A stretch of DNA of 64,000 bases, taken from NCBI GenBank assembly GCA_900320615.1, contig ONSX01000013.1, positions 6,042-70,041 of the forward strand. Reading direction: 5' to 3'. Position 1 is the first letter of the stretch. Every line of letters begins with the position of its first letter. The stretch is from an uncultured Eubacteriales bacterium (GTDB lineage Bacteria; Bacillota; Clostridia; Lachnospirales; Lachnospiraceae). Shown piece by piece: positions 50,565 to 60,966 of the stretch. Below the pieces are notes generated by a model. It ran no database searches. It had not been told where the DNA came from and saw only the letters and a list, made by a program, of their open reading frames with translations. A program made the translations under genes and the position numbers.

Positions 50565-51389
50565 TCACGGGGTCAGTCCCTGCATGTCCTCCGGAATGCT
50601 CGCGCAGCGGTAATTCTCATTCAGGCTGTCGATCGTCGCCATCTCGACTTCATCGAGTTCAAAATCAAAGATCTGGCTGTTTTCAAGCAGGCGGTCGGTG
50701 CGGACTGTCTTCGGAATCACGCAGACACCCTTTTGCAGAATCCATCGAAGGCCGACCTGGGCCACACTGCGGTGATGCTTCTCCGCGATGTGGACGAGAA
50801 CGTCGCGGTCGAGATATGCGCCGCGCGCGAGCGGAGAGTACGCCTGAACGACAATCCCATTCTTCTGGCAGAAGTGGCGGAGCTCATCCTGGCAGAAAAG
50901 CGGATGATATTCGATCTGGTTGACGGCCGGGACTATGCCCGAGTGCATCAGGAGATCGTCGAGCTGGAACTGGTTGAAATTCGAGACACCGATTGCCTTT
51001 ACGCGGCCGGACTTGTAGATTTCCTCCAGTACGTGCCAGGTATCGAGATAGCAGCCGGGTACCGGCCAGTGCACGAGATAGAGATCGACATAGTCCAGGC
51101 CGAGACGATCAAGGCTCCGCTCGAACGCGCCCTCTACATTGCCGATTCTCTGCGCTGTGTTCCAGATTTTGGTTGTGACAAAGAGCTGCTCTCTCGGAAT
51201 GCCGCAACTGCGGATTCCCTCGCCGACCTGCTCCTCATTTTTATATGCAGATGCCGTGTCAAACAGGTGATAGCCCATGGCTGTGGCGTCGGTGATCGCG
51301 GATACTGTCTCGTCGCCGGACGCCTGGTACAGCCCGAGCCCGAGCCGCGGCATTTCAATTCCGTTGTTCAGCGTAATTGTGTAATCCAT
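50565..51389 (-). CDS. Aldo/keto reductase
   Basis: MPRLGLG, DTASAYKNE, TTKIWN, LYLVHWP, AIGVSNF, AYSPL, VIPK. Confidence 0.95.
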   Translation of the reverse strand: MDYTITLNNGIEMPRLGLGLYQASGDETVSAITDATAMGYHLFDTASAYKNEEQVGEGIRSCGIPREQLFVTTKIWNTAQRIGNVEGAFERSLDRLGLDYVDLYLVHWPVPGCYLDTWHVLEEIYKSGRVKAIGVSNFNQFQLDDLLMHSGIVPAVNQIEYHPLFCQDELRHFCQKNGIVVQAYSPLARGAYLDRDVLVHIAEKHHRSVAQVGLRWILQKGVCVIPKTVRTDRLLENSQIFDFELDEVEMATIDSLNENYRCASIPEDMQGLTP

Positions 51390-51425
51390 AGAAACCCCTT
51401 GTTCCACTTAAAGGCAGTGGAGACA

Positions 51426-52304
51426 ATGAAAGTTACGGACATAATGGAAAAAAGGATGTCTCTGTCCTTTGAGGTGTTCCCCCCGAAAACAGACCAACCC
51501 CTTGAGATTTTGTATTCGGTTCTTGAGAAACTGTATTCCCTGGATCCGGATTTCATCAGCTGCACCTATGGCGCGGGAGGGACAAACGCCGGTCGCCACA
51601 TGGCAATCTGCGAGAAGATCCAGAAGTCGGACAACCGGACCGTCGCAATCTCTCATTTTACGTGCATCGGGAGCACGAGAGAGGACATTCGCCGGGAAAT
51701 GCAGGCATCCCTCGACCTCGGAATCGATCATGTGCTGGCGCTTCGCGGCGATATCCCGAAGGGATGGGAGAGCACGCGCGGCGATTTCCGCCATGCGTCC
51801 GAGCTGATCGCATATCTGCGGGAGGTGTTTGGAAGCCGGTTTACGATCGCGATGGCGGGAGCACCGGAGAAACATATCGAGGCGCGCTCTTTTGACGAGG
51901 ATATTGCACATTTGCGCATGAAACAGGACGCGGGAGCTGATATACTGATGACACAACTCTGCTATGACGTCGACGGCTTTGCGCGCTGGCTGGAGCGGAT
52001 CCGCGCGGCGGGCATCACGCTTCCGATTGATGCGGGCATTATGCCTGTCCTAAGCAAGGATTCCGTGATCCGGATGTGCCTCGGCACGAATGGATGCTCG
52101 ATTCCGCAGCCGCTCGCCGAGCTGATCAGCCGTCACTACAACGACACGCCGGATGACTTCCGGAAAGCTGGAATTGAATATACAATTGACCTGACGTACA
52201 AATTCATGAATCTCGGCATAAACGGGATTCATTTCTACACAATGAACAAGGCGGACGCGGTGCTCGAGATCTGCGAGGGCTGCGGCCTTACCCACAGGAA
52301 ATGA
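51426..52304 (+). CDS. metF: 5,10-methylenetetrahydrofolate reductase
   Basis: [36 protein letters not shown]. Confidence 0.95.
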   Translation: MKVTDIMEKRMSLSFEVFPPKTDQPLEILYSVLEKLYSLDPDFISCTYGAGGTNAGRHMAICEKIQKSDNRTVAISHFTCIGSTREDIRREMQASLDLGIDHVLALRGDIPKGWESTRGDFRHASELIAYLREVFGSRFTIAMAGAPEKHIEARSFDEDIAHLRMKQDAGADILMTQLCYDVDGFARWLERIRAAGITLPIDAGIMPVLSKDSVIRMCLGTNGCSIPQPLAELISRHYNDTPDDFRKAGIEYTIDLTYKFMNLGINGIHFYTMNKADAVLEICEGCGLTHRK

Positions 52305-52320
52305 GAAAGAGAGGCAGATT

Positions 52321-54015
52321 ATGGGACAGCTTTCAGACATTGAAATCGCACAGAACGCGGACATGCATCCGATCACAGAGATCGCGGAGCAGGCGGGAAT
52401 TCCGGATGAGGCGCTTGAACTCTACGGCAGGTACAAGGCGAAGATCAATACGATTTCCTGGAAACCGGCGCCGGCAGATCACGAGGGAAAGCTGGTGCTT
52501 GTGACGGCCATCACGCCGACACCGGCCGGTGAGGGCAAGACGACGACAACTGTCGGTCTTGCAGATGGCATGAGAAAGCTCGGCAAGAAGGTCTGCGTCG
52601 CACTCCGCGAGCCGTCGCTCGGACCTGTCTTCGGTATCAAGGGCGGCGCTGCAGGCGGCGGCTACGCGCAGGTCGTGCCGATGGAGGACATCAACCTCCA
52701 TTTTACGGGCGATATGCACGCGATCGGCGCGGCCAACAATCTGCTGGCGGCGATGATCGACAATCACATCCAGCAGGGAAATGAGCTGAACATCGATCCG
52801 CGGAAGATTACCTGGAAGCGCTGCGTCGACATGAATGATCGCCAGCTCCGCTCTGTGATTGATGGCCTCGGCGGAAAAATGAATGGCGTTCCGCGCGAGG
52901 ACGGCTACGACATCACAGTGGCCTCCGAGGTCATGGCGATTCTCTGCCTCGCGACGAGCATCCGGGACCTGAAGGAGAGACTTGCAAAGATCGTTGTCGG
53001 ATATACTTACGGAAAAATCAAGGACCAGAAGCCGGTGACCGCCGGCGACCTCAAGGCAGAGGGCGCGATGGCAGCACTTCTCAAGGATGCGCTGAAGCCG
53101 AATCTTGTGCAGACGCTGGAGGGAGCTCCGGCGATCGTCCACGGCGGTCCGTTCGCCAATATCGCACACGGCTGCAATTCCGTCCAGGCGACGAAGCTTG
53201 CGATGCGCCTTGGCGATTACGCAATCACGGAGGCCGGCTTCGGCGCTGACCTCGGCGCGGAGAAATTCTTCGACATCAAGTGCCGCATGGCTGACCTTCA
53301 CCCGTCAGCTGTCGTTGTCGTCGCCACCGTGCGCGCGCTGAAGCATCACGGCGGCGTGCCGCTCAAGGAGCTCGGGACAGAGAACCTCGAGGCCCTTGAG
53401 AAGGGACTTCCGAACCTTCTGCGCCATGTCGACAATATTATTCACGTGTTCAAGCTTCCGTGCGTCGTCGCGATCAATGCATTTCCGACGGATACGAAGG
53501 CTGAACTCGACCTTGTCGAGAAGAAATGCCGGGAGCTGGGCGTCAACGTCGCGCTCTCGGAGGTCTGGGCGAAGGGAGGCGAAGGCGGAACGGCTCTCGC
53601 GAGAGAAGTTGTGAGACTGTGCGAAGAAGGTGATCCATCAGGATTTTCATTTGCGTATGACACAGACGAGACCATCGAGGAGAAGTTGAATGATATTGTG
53701 CGGAAGGTCTATCGCGGCCGCGGTGCAGTTCTCACGCCGCAGGCAAGAAAGCAGATGAACCAGCTCATCGGGCAGGGCTACGGAAACCTTCCGATCTGCG
53801 TCGCGAAGACACAGTACAGCTTTTCGGATGATCCGTCTCTTCTCGGGGCACCGGATGATTTCGAGGTCACGGTCAGAAACCTCAAGGTCTCGGCGGGCGC
53901 CGGGTTCATCGTCGCACTGACCGGAGACATTATGACGATGCCGGGACTTCCGAAGCATCCGGCTGCGGAGCGAATTGACATCGATGATGACGGAAAGATC
54001 ACAGGACTGTTCTGA
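52321..54015 (+). CDS. fhs: Formate--tetrahydrofolate ligase
   Basis: [43 protein letters not shown]. Confidence 0.98.
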   Translation: MGQLSDIEIAQNADMHPITEIAEQAGIPDEALELYGRYKAKINTISWKPAPADHEGKLVLVTAITPTPAGEGKTTTTVGLADGMRKLGKKVCVALREPSLGPVFGIKGGAAGGGYAQVVPMEDINLHFTGDMHAIGAANNLLAAMIDNHIQQGNELNIDPRKITWKRCVDMNDRQLRSVIDGLGGKMNGVPREDGYDITVASEVMAILCLATSIRDLKERLAKIVVGYTYGKIKDQKPVTAGDLKAEGAMAALLKDALKPNLVQTLEGAPAIVHGGPFANIAHGCNSVQATKLAMRLGDYAITEAGFGADLGAEKFFDIKCRMADLHPSAVVVVATVRALKHHGGVPLKELGTENLEALEKGLPNLLRHVDNIIHVFKLPCVVAINAFPTDTKAELDLVEKKCRELGVNVALSEVWAKGGEGGTALAREVVRLCEEGDPSGFSFAYDTDETIEEKLNDIVRKVYRGRGAVLTPQARKQMNQLIGQGYGNLPICVAKTQYSFSDDPSLLGAPDDFEVTVRNLKVSAGAGFIVALTGDIMTMPGLPKHPAAERIDIDDDGKITGLF

Positions 54016-54872
54016 TGAGTGAAGAAAAAAAGACAAATGCACATCCGGTCATGACGGATGAGCAGGTGTATGCGATTCTGAACGCAGGGGGCATGTCTGC
54101 GCGCGATCCGGCAGAGCATGGAGATGACGATGCCGGGAAGGACGAAGCTGTCCTTCCCGGAACGGAAGCCTCGAAGGATCATGCTGCGGGTGCGGCAGAA
54201 AAGAATGAAGAGACGGCTGACGGGATTTCTACCGAAAAGAGTCTTGCGGACATGTCGCTCAGCTGCTTTTCCCAGGCCCTCTCGTCGGATGCGCCTGTGC
54301 CCGGCGGCGGAGGCGCGGCGGCTTTCACGGCGGCCCTCGCCGCCTCTGCGGGAGCTATGGTCGGTCATTTGACTGTCGGCAGGAGACGGTACGCTGCTGT
54401 TTGGGAAGACATGGAGAGACTGGTCAGTCAGCTTGACGGTCTGAGAAAGGATTTCCTTTCTATGATCGACGGGGACGCGGAGGCTTTCCGCCCGCTCGCG
54501 GAGGCCTACGCCATGCCGCGCGCGACTTTTGAAGAGAAGGAGAAGCGGAACGTGGTCATGGAGACTTGCCTTGCGGGTGCGGCACAGGCACCGCTTGAGC
54601 TGATCCGCGCTCTCGCGGACCTTGTCGGGGCGCTTGAAGAGGTGGCGGAGAAGGGCTCTGCGCTCGCAGTCAGCGACGCGGGCGTCGCTGCGAGCCTTGC
54701 GGGCGCCGCAATGAAGAGCGCTCTTCTCAATGTCTATGCCAATACGAAACTGATGAAGGATCGCAGGAAGGCAAAGGCAATGAACACCGAGGCCTCGGAG
54801 CTTGTCGATGAGTACGCGGCCCGGGCGGAGTACGTGTACGGGCGCGTCACGGAGCGGCTGATCGATCAGTGA
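54015..54872 (+). CDS. Cyclodeaminase/cyclohydrolase family protein (FchA-like) with acidic N-terminal extension
   Basis: SDAPVPGGGGAAA, MVGHLT, D.DAEAF, SDAGVA, LNVYAN; located between fhs and folD. Confidence 0.88.
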   Translation: MSEEKKTNAHPVMTDEQVYAILNAGGMSARDPAEHGDDDAGKDEAVLPGTEASKDHAAGAAEKNEETADGISTEKSLADMSLSCFSQALSSDAPVPGGGGAAAFTAALAASAGAMVGHLTVGRRRYAAVWEDMERLVSQLDGLRKDFLSMIDGDAEAFRPLAEAYAMPRATFEEKEKRNVVMETCLAGAAQAPLELIRALADLVGALEEVAEKGSALAVSDAGVAASLAGAAMKSALLNVYANTKLMKDRRKAKAMNTEASELVDEYAARAEYVYGRVTERLIDQ

Positions 54873-54890
54873 GAATTCAGGGAGACAGAT

Positions 54891-55739
54891 ATGAGTTTTG
54901 TATTATCCGGTAGGGAAACAGCCAATGCGATTTTTGAGGATCTGCGTCCGCGCGCAAACGCAGTGAAGGCTGCGGGACACACACCGACACTCGCGGTTGT
55001 CCGCCTGGGAGAGAAAAAGAGCGACCTTGCGTATGAGCGCGGCATCCGGAAACACGCGGACATGGCGGGCTGCAGCGTCGTCACGGACGAATTCGCGCAG
55101 GATGCCCGTGAGGACGATCTGGTGCGTCGTATACGGGAGCTGAATGAGGATGAGACAGTCGACGGGATTCTCATTTTCCAGCCGCTTCCGAAGCAGATGG
55201 ATGCTCACAGGGTGATCGAGGCAGTCTCAGCGGGGAAGGACGTGGACGGAGCCACGGACGCGTCGAGACTCTTTGTCTACACTGGGCATGGCAGTGGATT
55301 TGCGCCGTGCACCGCGCAGTCTGTGATCGAGATTCTGAACTACTACGGCGTCGCCATTCAGGGAAAGCACGCGGTGATTGTCGGACGTTCTATGGTCGTC
55401 GGCAAGCCGCTCGCCAACCTGTTTCTCGCCCGCAACGCGACGGTAACGGTCTGCCACTCGAAGACGGAGAACCTCGCTTCAATCACGAGGACGGCTGATA
55501 TTCTTGTGTCCGCGACAGGTCACATCGGTACACTTGGTGAGGCGCACGTCGTTCCGGGTCAGTACGTCCTCGATGTCGGCATCAATTTCGGCCCGGACGG
55601 AAAGATGACGGGCGATGTCCTCTATGATGAGGTCTCACCGCATGTCCGCGCCCTGACACCGGTTCCGGGAGGCGTTGGCTCGGTCACTACGGCTGTTCTC
55701 TTCAAGCATGTCATCGAGAGCGCGGAGGCACGGATATGA
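54891..55739 (+). CDS. folD: Methylene-THF dehydrogenase/cyclohydrolase
   Basis: KDVDG, PCTA, GRSMVVGKP, DVGIN, TPVPGGVG. Confidence 0.95.
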   Translation: MSFVLSGRETANAIFEDLRPRANAVKAAGHTPTLAVVRLGEKKSDLAYERGIRKHADMAGCSVVTDEFAQDAREDDLVRRIRELNEDETVDGILIFQPLPKQMDAHRVIEAVSAGKDVDGATDASRLFVYTGHGSGFAPCTAQSVIEILNYYGVAIQGKHAVIVGRSMVVGKPLANLFLARNATVTVCHSKTENLASITRTADILVSATGHIGTLGEAHVVPGQYVLDVGINFGPDGKMTGDVLYDEVSPHVRALTPVPGGVGSVTTAVLFKHVIESAEARI

Positions 55740-57484
55740 CGAATCAGGCCGTCGCGCTGCTTGCCATCTGCATTCTCATTGCCGCCGCGGCTGCGCTTAT
55801 GATCCGGCAGAGAGAGAAGGAGAGGCGCGCTCTTTTCGAGAAAAAGAGCCGGGAAAGCTTCGGAGCGGTTCCGAAGCGCGCTCTCTCTTCGCAGGAGCTT
55901 GAACAGATCCGGGCATATGCGGACGATCGCGCGGCCAGAGAAAGCGGCAGATACTTTGCAATCGACGACATCACCTGGAATGACTGCGATCTGGACGGCA
56001 TCTTAAACCGGATCAACCGCACGATGAGCGGCCCCGGAGAGGAGGTTCTGTACTCCTGGCTGCGGATGCCCGCGCTTGATAAAAAGACGCTGGATGAAAG
56101 AAGCGGGCTGATCCGCTTCTTTTCTTCCTCTCCGGACTTTCGCGAAAAAGTGGAGCGCCTCATCTGTGATATCGGCTATGCGCGCCATGGCTCGGTCTTC
56201 GGATCACTCCGGAAAATGAAGGACGCCGGGAACCACGGCGCGGGTAAGTATGTAGCGTCTGGTCTCTTTACGGCTTTTTCGATCATTCTTCTCTTTATTG
56301 TTCCGGCGATTGGCGTTCTTCTCCTGGTCGCGGCCATGCTGCTGAACGCAGTTATCCAGATCCGCGCGCGGTCGGACGGCTCCTCGTGCATCGAGGCATT
56401 TTCATTTGTCCTTGCGATGATGAAGGCGGCCGGGCGAATCGGAAAACTTGAGGCAGAACCGGGAGAAGATACGGAGGCCTTCATCAGGCAGAGAGAGCGC
56501 CTCACAGAGGCTGCCCGGGCGCTCTCGGGGTTCCGGAGAGGGGCTGCCTTTGTCACTGCGTCATCGCATGTCGGAACAGGCATCGGCGACATGCTGATCT
56601 CTTACGTCAACCTGTTCTTCCATGTCGATATGATCCGCCATGACGGCATGCTCCGGGAAATCCGGAGGCACGAGGAGGCGGTGGAGACCCTGTTTGACGG
56701 TCTCGGCTCTATTGACGCGGCGATCGCTGCGGCCTCCTTCAGGCAGTCTCTTCCGTATGCGTGTGACATGCATGCGGAGGAGAAAAGAGAAAAAGAGGCA
56801 ATGCGTCCGGCCGCGCATATCCGCGCCCTGGACATGTATCACATTCTTGTCAGCGACCGGAAGCCGGTCGCCAACTCCATCGACACGGGAAGGGACGTCC
56901 TGGTTACCGGCTCAAACGCCTCGGGAAAATCTACGTTCTTAAAGACGGTGGCGATCTGCGCCATTCTGGGACAGGCGCTTGACATCGTTCCCGCGAGAGA
57001 ATATTCCGCTCCGTTTTTCAGGGTGTACTCCTCGATGGCGCTCACAGATAACCTGCGGGGAGGCGAGAGCTACTTTGTCGTTGAGATCCGTTCCCTGAAG
57101 CGCATCTGTGACGCAGCGGAAGATGAGAGCCCTGTCCCGGTGCTCGCCTTTATCGATGAAGTCCTGCGGGGAACCAATACGATTGAGCGGATCGCCGCAT
57201 CGTCTGAAATCCTGGCAAGCCTTGACAGGCCGGGGACGCTTGTCTTCGCGGCGACGCACGACATCGAGCTCACACGCATTCTTAAGGATCATTATACAAA
57301 TGTCCATTTCGGAGAGACGATCGAAGGCGGCGATGTTCACTTTGATTACAGGCTGAAGCCGGGCAAGTCGGACACGAGAAATGCAATTCGTCTTCTCGGC
57401 GTCTCCGGCTACAGGGAGGACATTGTCCGGCGCGCCGCAGACGCTGCGGAGCGGTTCGAGCAGACCGGCGCCTGGAAACTTTGA
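55736..57484 (+). CDS. Membrane-associated MutS-related ATPase (domain V only)
   Basis: N-terminal and internal TM helices, [40 protein letters not shown]. Confidence 0.88.
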   Translation: MTNQAVALLAICILIAAAAALMIRQREKERRALFEKKSRESFGAVPKRALSSQELEQIRAYADDRAARESGRYFAIDDITWNDCDLDGILNRINRTMSGPGEEVLYSWLRMPALDKKTLDERSGLIRFFSSSPDFREKVERLICDIGYARHGSVFGSLRKMKDAGNHGAGKYVASGLFTAFSIILLFIVPAIGVLLLVAAMLLNAVIQIRARSDGSSCIEAFSFVLAMMKAAGRIGKLEAEPGEDTEAFIRQRERLTEAARALSGFRRGAAFVTASSHVGTGIGDMLISYVNLFFHVDMIRHDGMLREIRRHEEAVETLFDGLGSIDAAIAAASFRQSLPYACDMHAEEKREKEAMRPAAHIRALDMYHILVSDRKPVANSIDTGRDVLVTGSNASGKSTFLKTVAICAILGQALDIVPAREYSAPFFRVYSSMALTDNLRGGESYFVVEIRSLKRICDAAEDESPVPVLAFIDEVLRGTNTIERIAASSEILASLDRPGTLVFAATHDIELTRILKDHYTNVHFGETIEGGDVHFDYRLKPGKSDTRNAIRLLGVSGYREDIVRRAADAAERFEQTGAWKL

Positions 57485-57497
57485 GGGAGAGATGGAT

Positions 57498-57956
57498 ATG
57501 ACGAAGGTGACAATTTATACGGATGGGGCCGCGCGCGGAAATCCGGACGGACCGGGCGGATACGGCGCGGTGCTCCTCTTCACGGACTCGGCGGGCACTG
57601 TGCATCGGAAGGAGCTGAGCAGAGGCTTTGCGAAGACGACAAATAACCGCATGGAGCTTATGGCCGCGATCGCCGGCCTGGAGGCCCTGATACGGCCCTG
57701 TGAAGTCGAGCTGCACTCCGACTCGCAGTATCTGATTAACGCATTCACAAAAGGATGGATTTGGAACTGGAAGAAGCTCGGCTGGAAGAAGGCGGACAGA
57801 TCGCCGGTCCTCAACCGGGATCTCTGGGAGCGGCTTCTTGCCGCTGCAGAGCCGCATCAGATCACCTGGATCTGGGTCAGGGGTCACAACGGAGATGAAG
57901 AAAATGAGAGATGCGACTTCCTTGCGACAACTGCGGCGGATAGCATGAAACGCTGA
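57498..57956 (+). CDS. rnhA: Ribonuclease HI
   Basis: [36 protein letters not shown]. Confidence 0.97.
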   Translation: MTKVTIYTDGAARGNPDGPGGYGAVLLFTDSAGTVHRKELSRGFAKTTNNRMELMAAIAGLEALIRPCEVELHSDSQYLINAFTKGWIWNWKKLGWKKADRSPVLNRDLWERLLAAAEPHQITWIWVRGHNGDEENERCDFLATTAADSMKR

Positions 57957-57962
57957 CAGACC

Positions 57963-57991
57963 TTGTCTCGGAATGAACGGTGTGCTATATT
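57963..57991 (+). promoter_or_regulatory. SigA-type promoter of alaS
   Basis: TTGTCT-17 bp-TATATT with a TG extension. Confidence 0.55.
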
Positions 57992-58063
57992 TAAAAACAG
58001 CGTGTTCCTGAGAAACAGACTGTTTCCATGGATGCCAGATTTAATACCCTTGGAGGTCTTATC

Positions 58064-60748
58064 GTGAAAAAGTATGGAGTCAATGAACTTCGTGAGATGT
58101 TTCTCTCATTTTTCGAGGAGAAGGGCTGTCTTCGTCTGAACAGCTTCTCACTGGTTCCGCACAATGACAATTCACTGCTCATTATTAACTCGGGCATGGC
58201 TCCGATGAAGCCGTGGTTTACGGGCCAGGAGATTCCGCCGCGCCGCAGAGTCACAACGTGCCAGAAATGTATCCGCACCGGCGATCTTGAAAATGTAGGA
58301 AAGACTGCACGCCACGGGACATTTTTTGAAATGCTCGGAAATTTTTCCTTTGGCGATTATTTCAAGAAGGAGGCTATTCCGTGGGCCTGGGAGTTCCTGA
58401 CTGAGCGCGTCGGACTTGATCCGGACAGACTGTATCCGTCGGTCTATGTCGATGACGACGAGGCGTATCATATCTGGCTCGACGACATGCACATCCCGGC
58501 CGACCACATCTATAAGTTTGGCAAGGCGGACAATTTCTGGGAGCACGGTTCAGGTCCGTGCGGCCCGTGCACAGAGATTTACTATGACCGCGGCGAGAAG
58601 TACGGAAATGGTCCGGAGGACGTCATGGGCGGCGAGGGCGACCGCTACATGGAAGTCTGGAACATCGTCTTCTCACAGTTCAACAATGACGGCCACGGCA
58701 ATTACACAGACCTTGTTCAGAAAAACATTGATACAGGCATGGGGCTCGAGCGTCTCGCAGTCGCAGTACAGGATGTCGGATCAATCTTTGACGTAGACAC
58801 GGTCAAGTCTCTCCGCGACCTGATCTGCCAGCTTGCCGGCGGCGTTGAGTACGAGAAGAAGGGGACGGAGGAGACGGACGTATCGGTCCGTATCGTCACA
58901 GACCACGCGAGGTCCATGACCTTTATGATTTCGGACGGCATTATGCCCTCGAACAATGGACGCGGCTATGTGCTCCGCCGGATCATCCGCCGTGCAGTCC
59001 GCCACGGCAGGAAGCTCGGCATCAGGGGCTCCTTCCTTCCGACACTGGCGCAGAATGTCATCGACGGCTCGAAGGACGGCTATCCGGAACTCGAGGAGAA
59101 GAGAGACTTTATTCTGAGCGTCATCCGCGCAGAGGAAGAAAAGTTCGGAAAGACTTATGAGCAGGGCATGGACATCCTCGCAAAGATGGAGGAAAAACTC
59201 AGCGAAGAAGGAAAGAAGGAACTCTCCGGTGAGGATGCGTTCAGACTGTACGATACATACGGCTTCCCGCTTGACAACACGAAGGAAATTCTTGCGGAGA
59301 AAGGCTATACGGTCGATGAAGATGGTTTCGCGGCCGCAATGAGGAAACAGAGAGAGACCGCGCGCACGGACCGGAAGAATTCCGGAAAGAATGATGAATA
59401 TATGGGGGCCGCGGCTACGGTCTATGAGGAGATGGACCCCGCAGTGAACTCTGCGTTTGTCGGCTATGACAAACTGACCTGTGACTCGAAGATCGTTGCA
59501 ATGGCACAGCTCCGCGGAGCAGATAGCGACGGTGAGGACGCAGTCACAGAGGCTCTGACAGACGGACAGACGGGCGCCATTATTACGGCCGAGACACCGT
59601 TCTACGGGACGATGGGCGGTCAGGTTGGTGACCGCGGAACCATTACATCCCCGGACGGCGAGTTCGCCGTTGAGACGACGGAGCATGTGGCCGGTGCGAA
59701 GATTGCGATGATCGGCCGCGTGACACGCGGAATGTTTAAAATTGGCGATGCGGTGACGCTGCATGTCGATGAGAAGAGCCATCTTGCGATCTGCCGCAAC
59801 CACAGTGCGACGCACCTTCTGCAGAAGGCGCTCCGTGAGGTGCTCGGCTCTCATGTCGAGCAGAAGGGCTCCTATCAGGACGCAGAGCGGACGCGCTTTG
59901 ACTTCTCTCATTTCCAGGCGATGACGGCAGAGGAGCTGAAGAAGGTCGAGAATATAGTCAACGAGAAGATCGCGGAGGATCTTCCGGTTGTCACGGACGT
60001 CATGTCCCTCGAGGACGCGCGGAAGACGGGAGCGATGGCCCTCTTCGGCGAAAAGTACGGCGACAGAGTCCGCGTCGTCCGCATGGGCGATTTCTCGACA
60101 GAGCTCTGCGGCGGCACACACGTTTCCTCTACGGGAAAGATTCGTCAGTTCAAGATTCTCTCGGAGAGCGGCGTCGCGGCTGGTGTCCGCCGGATCGAGG
60201 CACTGACCGGAGACAATGTCACGGCCTACTATGCAAAGCTCGAGCAGGAAATAAATGAAGCGGCAGCTCTTGTCAAGGCATCTCCCGAGACGCTTGCGGA
60301 CCATATCCGCCGCCTGCAGGAAGAACTGAAGAGCGCGAAGGCGGAGACGGAGGCCCTGAAGACGAAGGCAGCCCAGGCGGCAGTCGGCGATGTCACAACG
60401 GAGGCCGAGGATGTAAGCGGTATTAAAGTCCTTGTGAAGAAGCTCGATGATGTCGATATGAACGACATGCGCACGCTCGGCGATGAGCTGAAGGGTAAGC
60501 TTGGCGAGTCACTGATTGTGCTTGCGTCCGCAACAGGCGGCAAGGTAAGCCTGATGGCGACTGCAACGGACGGGGCTGTGAAGAAGGGCGCGCACGCCGG
60601 AAATCTCATCCGCACGGCAGCAAAACTTGTCGGAGGTGGCGGCGGCGGCCGTCCGAATATGGCACAGGCAGGCGGCAGAGATGTCTCGAAAATCGACGAT
60701 GCGCTCGCTGCAGCAAAGGCCGAGGCCAGAAAGCAGCTCGCAAAATAA
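58064..60748 (+). CDS. alaS: Alanine--tRNA ligase
   Basis: QKCIRTGD, HGTFFEMLGNFSFGDYFK, IDTGMGLER, NHSATHLL, ELCGGTHV, GGGGG; GGAGG plus GTG start. Confidence 0.98.
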   Translation: MKKYGVNELREMFLSFFEEKGCLRLNSFSLVPHNDNSLLIINSGMAPMKPWFTGQEIPPRRRVTTCQKCIRTGDLENVGKTARHGTFFEMLGNFSFGDYFKKEAIPWAWEFLTERVGLDPDRLYPSVYVDDDEAYHIWLDDMHIPADHIYKFGKADNFWEHGSGPCGPCTEIYYDRGEKYGNGPEDVMGGEGDRYMEVWNIVFSQFNNDGHGNYTDLVQKNIDTGMGLERLAVAVQDVGSIFDVDTVKSLRDLICQLAGGVEYEKKGTEETDVSVRIVTDHARSMTFMISDGIMPSNNGRGYVLRRIIRRAVRHGRKLGIRGSFLPTLAQNVIDGSKDGYPELEEKRDFILSVIRAEEEKFGKTYEQGMDILAKMEEKLSEEGKKELSGEDAFRLYDTYGFPLDNTKEILAEKGYTVDEDGFAAAMRKQRETARTDRKNSGKNDEYMGAAATVYEEMDPAVNSAFVGYDKLTCDSKIVAMAQLRGADSDGEDAVTEALTDGQTGAIITAETPFYGTMGGQVGDRGTITSPDGEFAVETTEHVAGAKIAMIGRVTRGMFKIGDAVTLHVDEKSHLAICRNHSATHLLQKALREVLGSHVEQKGSYQDAERTRFDFSHFQAMTAEELKKVENIVNEKIAEDLPVVTDVMSLEDARKTGAMALFGEKYGDRVRVVRMGDFSTELCGGTHVSSTGKIRQFKILSESGVAAGVRRIEALTGDNVTAYYAKLEQEINEAAALVKASPETLADHIRRLQEELKSAKAETEALKTKAAQAAVGDVTTEAEDVSGIKVLVKKLDDVDMNDMRTLGDELKGKLGESLIVLASATGGKVSLMATATDGAVKKGAHAGNLIRTAAKLVGGGGGGRPNMAQAGGRDVSKIDDALAAAKAEARKQLAK

Positions 60749-60757
60749 AATTTATAC

Positions 60758-60786
60758 TTGACGAGCCGAAAGCCCATCAGTATAAT
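60758..60786 (+). promoter_or_regulatory. Near-consensus SigA promoter of rpsU
   Basis: TTGACG-17 bp-TATAAT. Confidence 0.8.
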
Positions 60787-60838
60787 ATGATTGTTTGACA
60801 AATACCCCGAAAGGTGATGGGGGAGGTGAATTCAGTTT

Positions 60839-60886
60839 ATGGCAAATGTCATTGTCAAAGAGGGAGAATCTCTCGACAGCGCACTT
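60839..60886 (+). pseudogene. rpsU: 5' fragment (16 codons) of 30S ribosomal protein S21; remainder missing
   Basis: GGAGGTG RBS; MANVIVKEGESLDSAL, then no RRFK..; the frame continues as non-homologous sequence to TGA 60970. Not in the ORF track. Confidence 0.8.
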
Positions 60887-60966
60887 AGCAATAGCCAGGG
60901 CCTTTTTCTTAGACAGGGACCAGATAATGGGTCTGCGGGCCCTGGACACATAGCAGGAGGTGGCGT

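Noticed and set aside
50469-52304. 611-aa ORF appearing to give MetF a 319-aa N-terminal extension
   Set aside because: The extension is the antisense shadow of the aldo/keto reductase gene. MetF homology starts at ATG 51426, which has its own SD.
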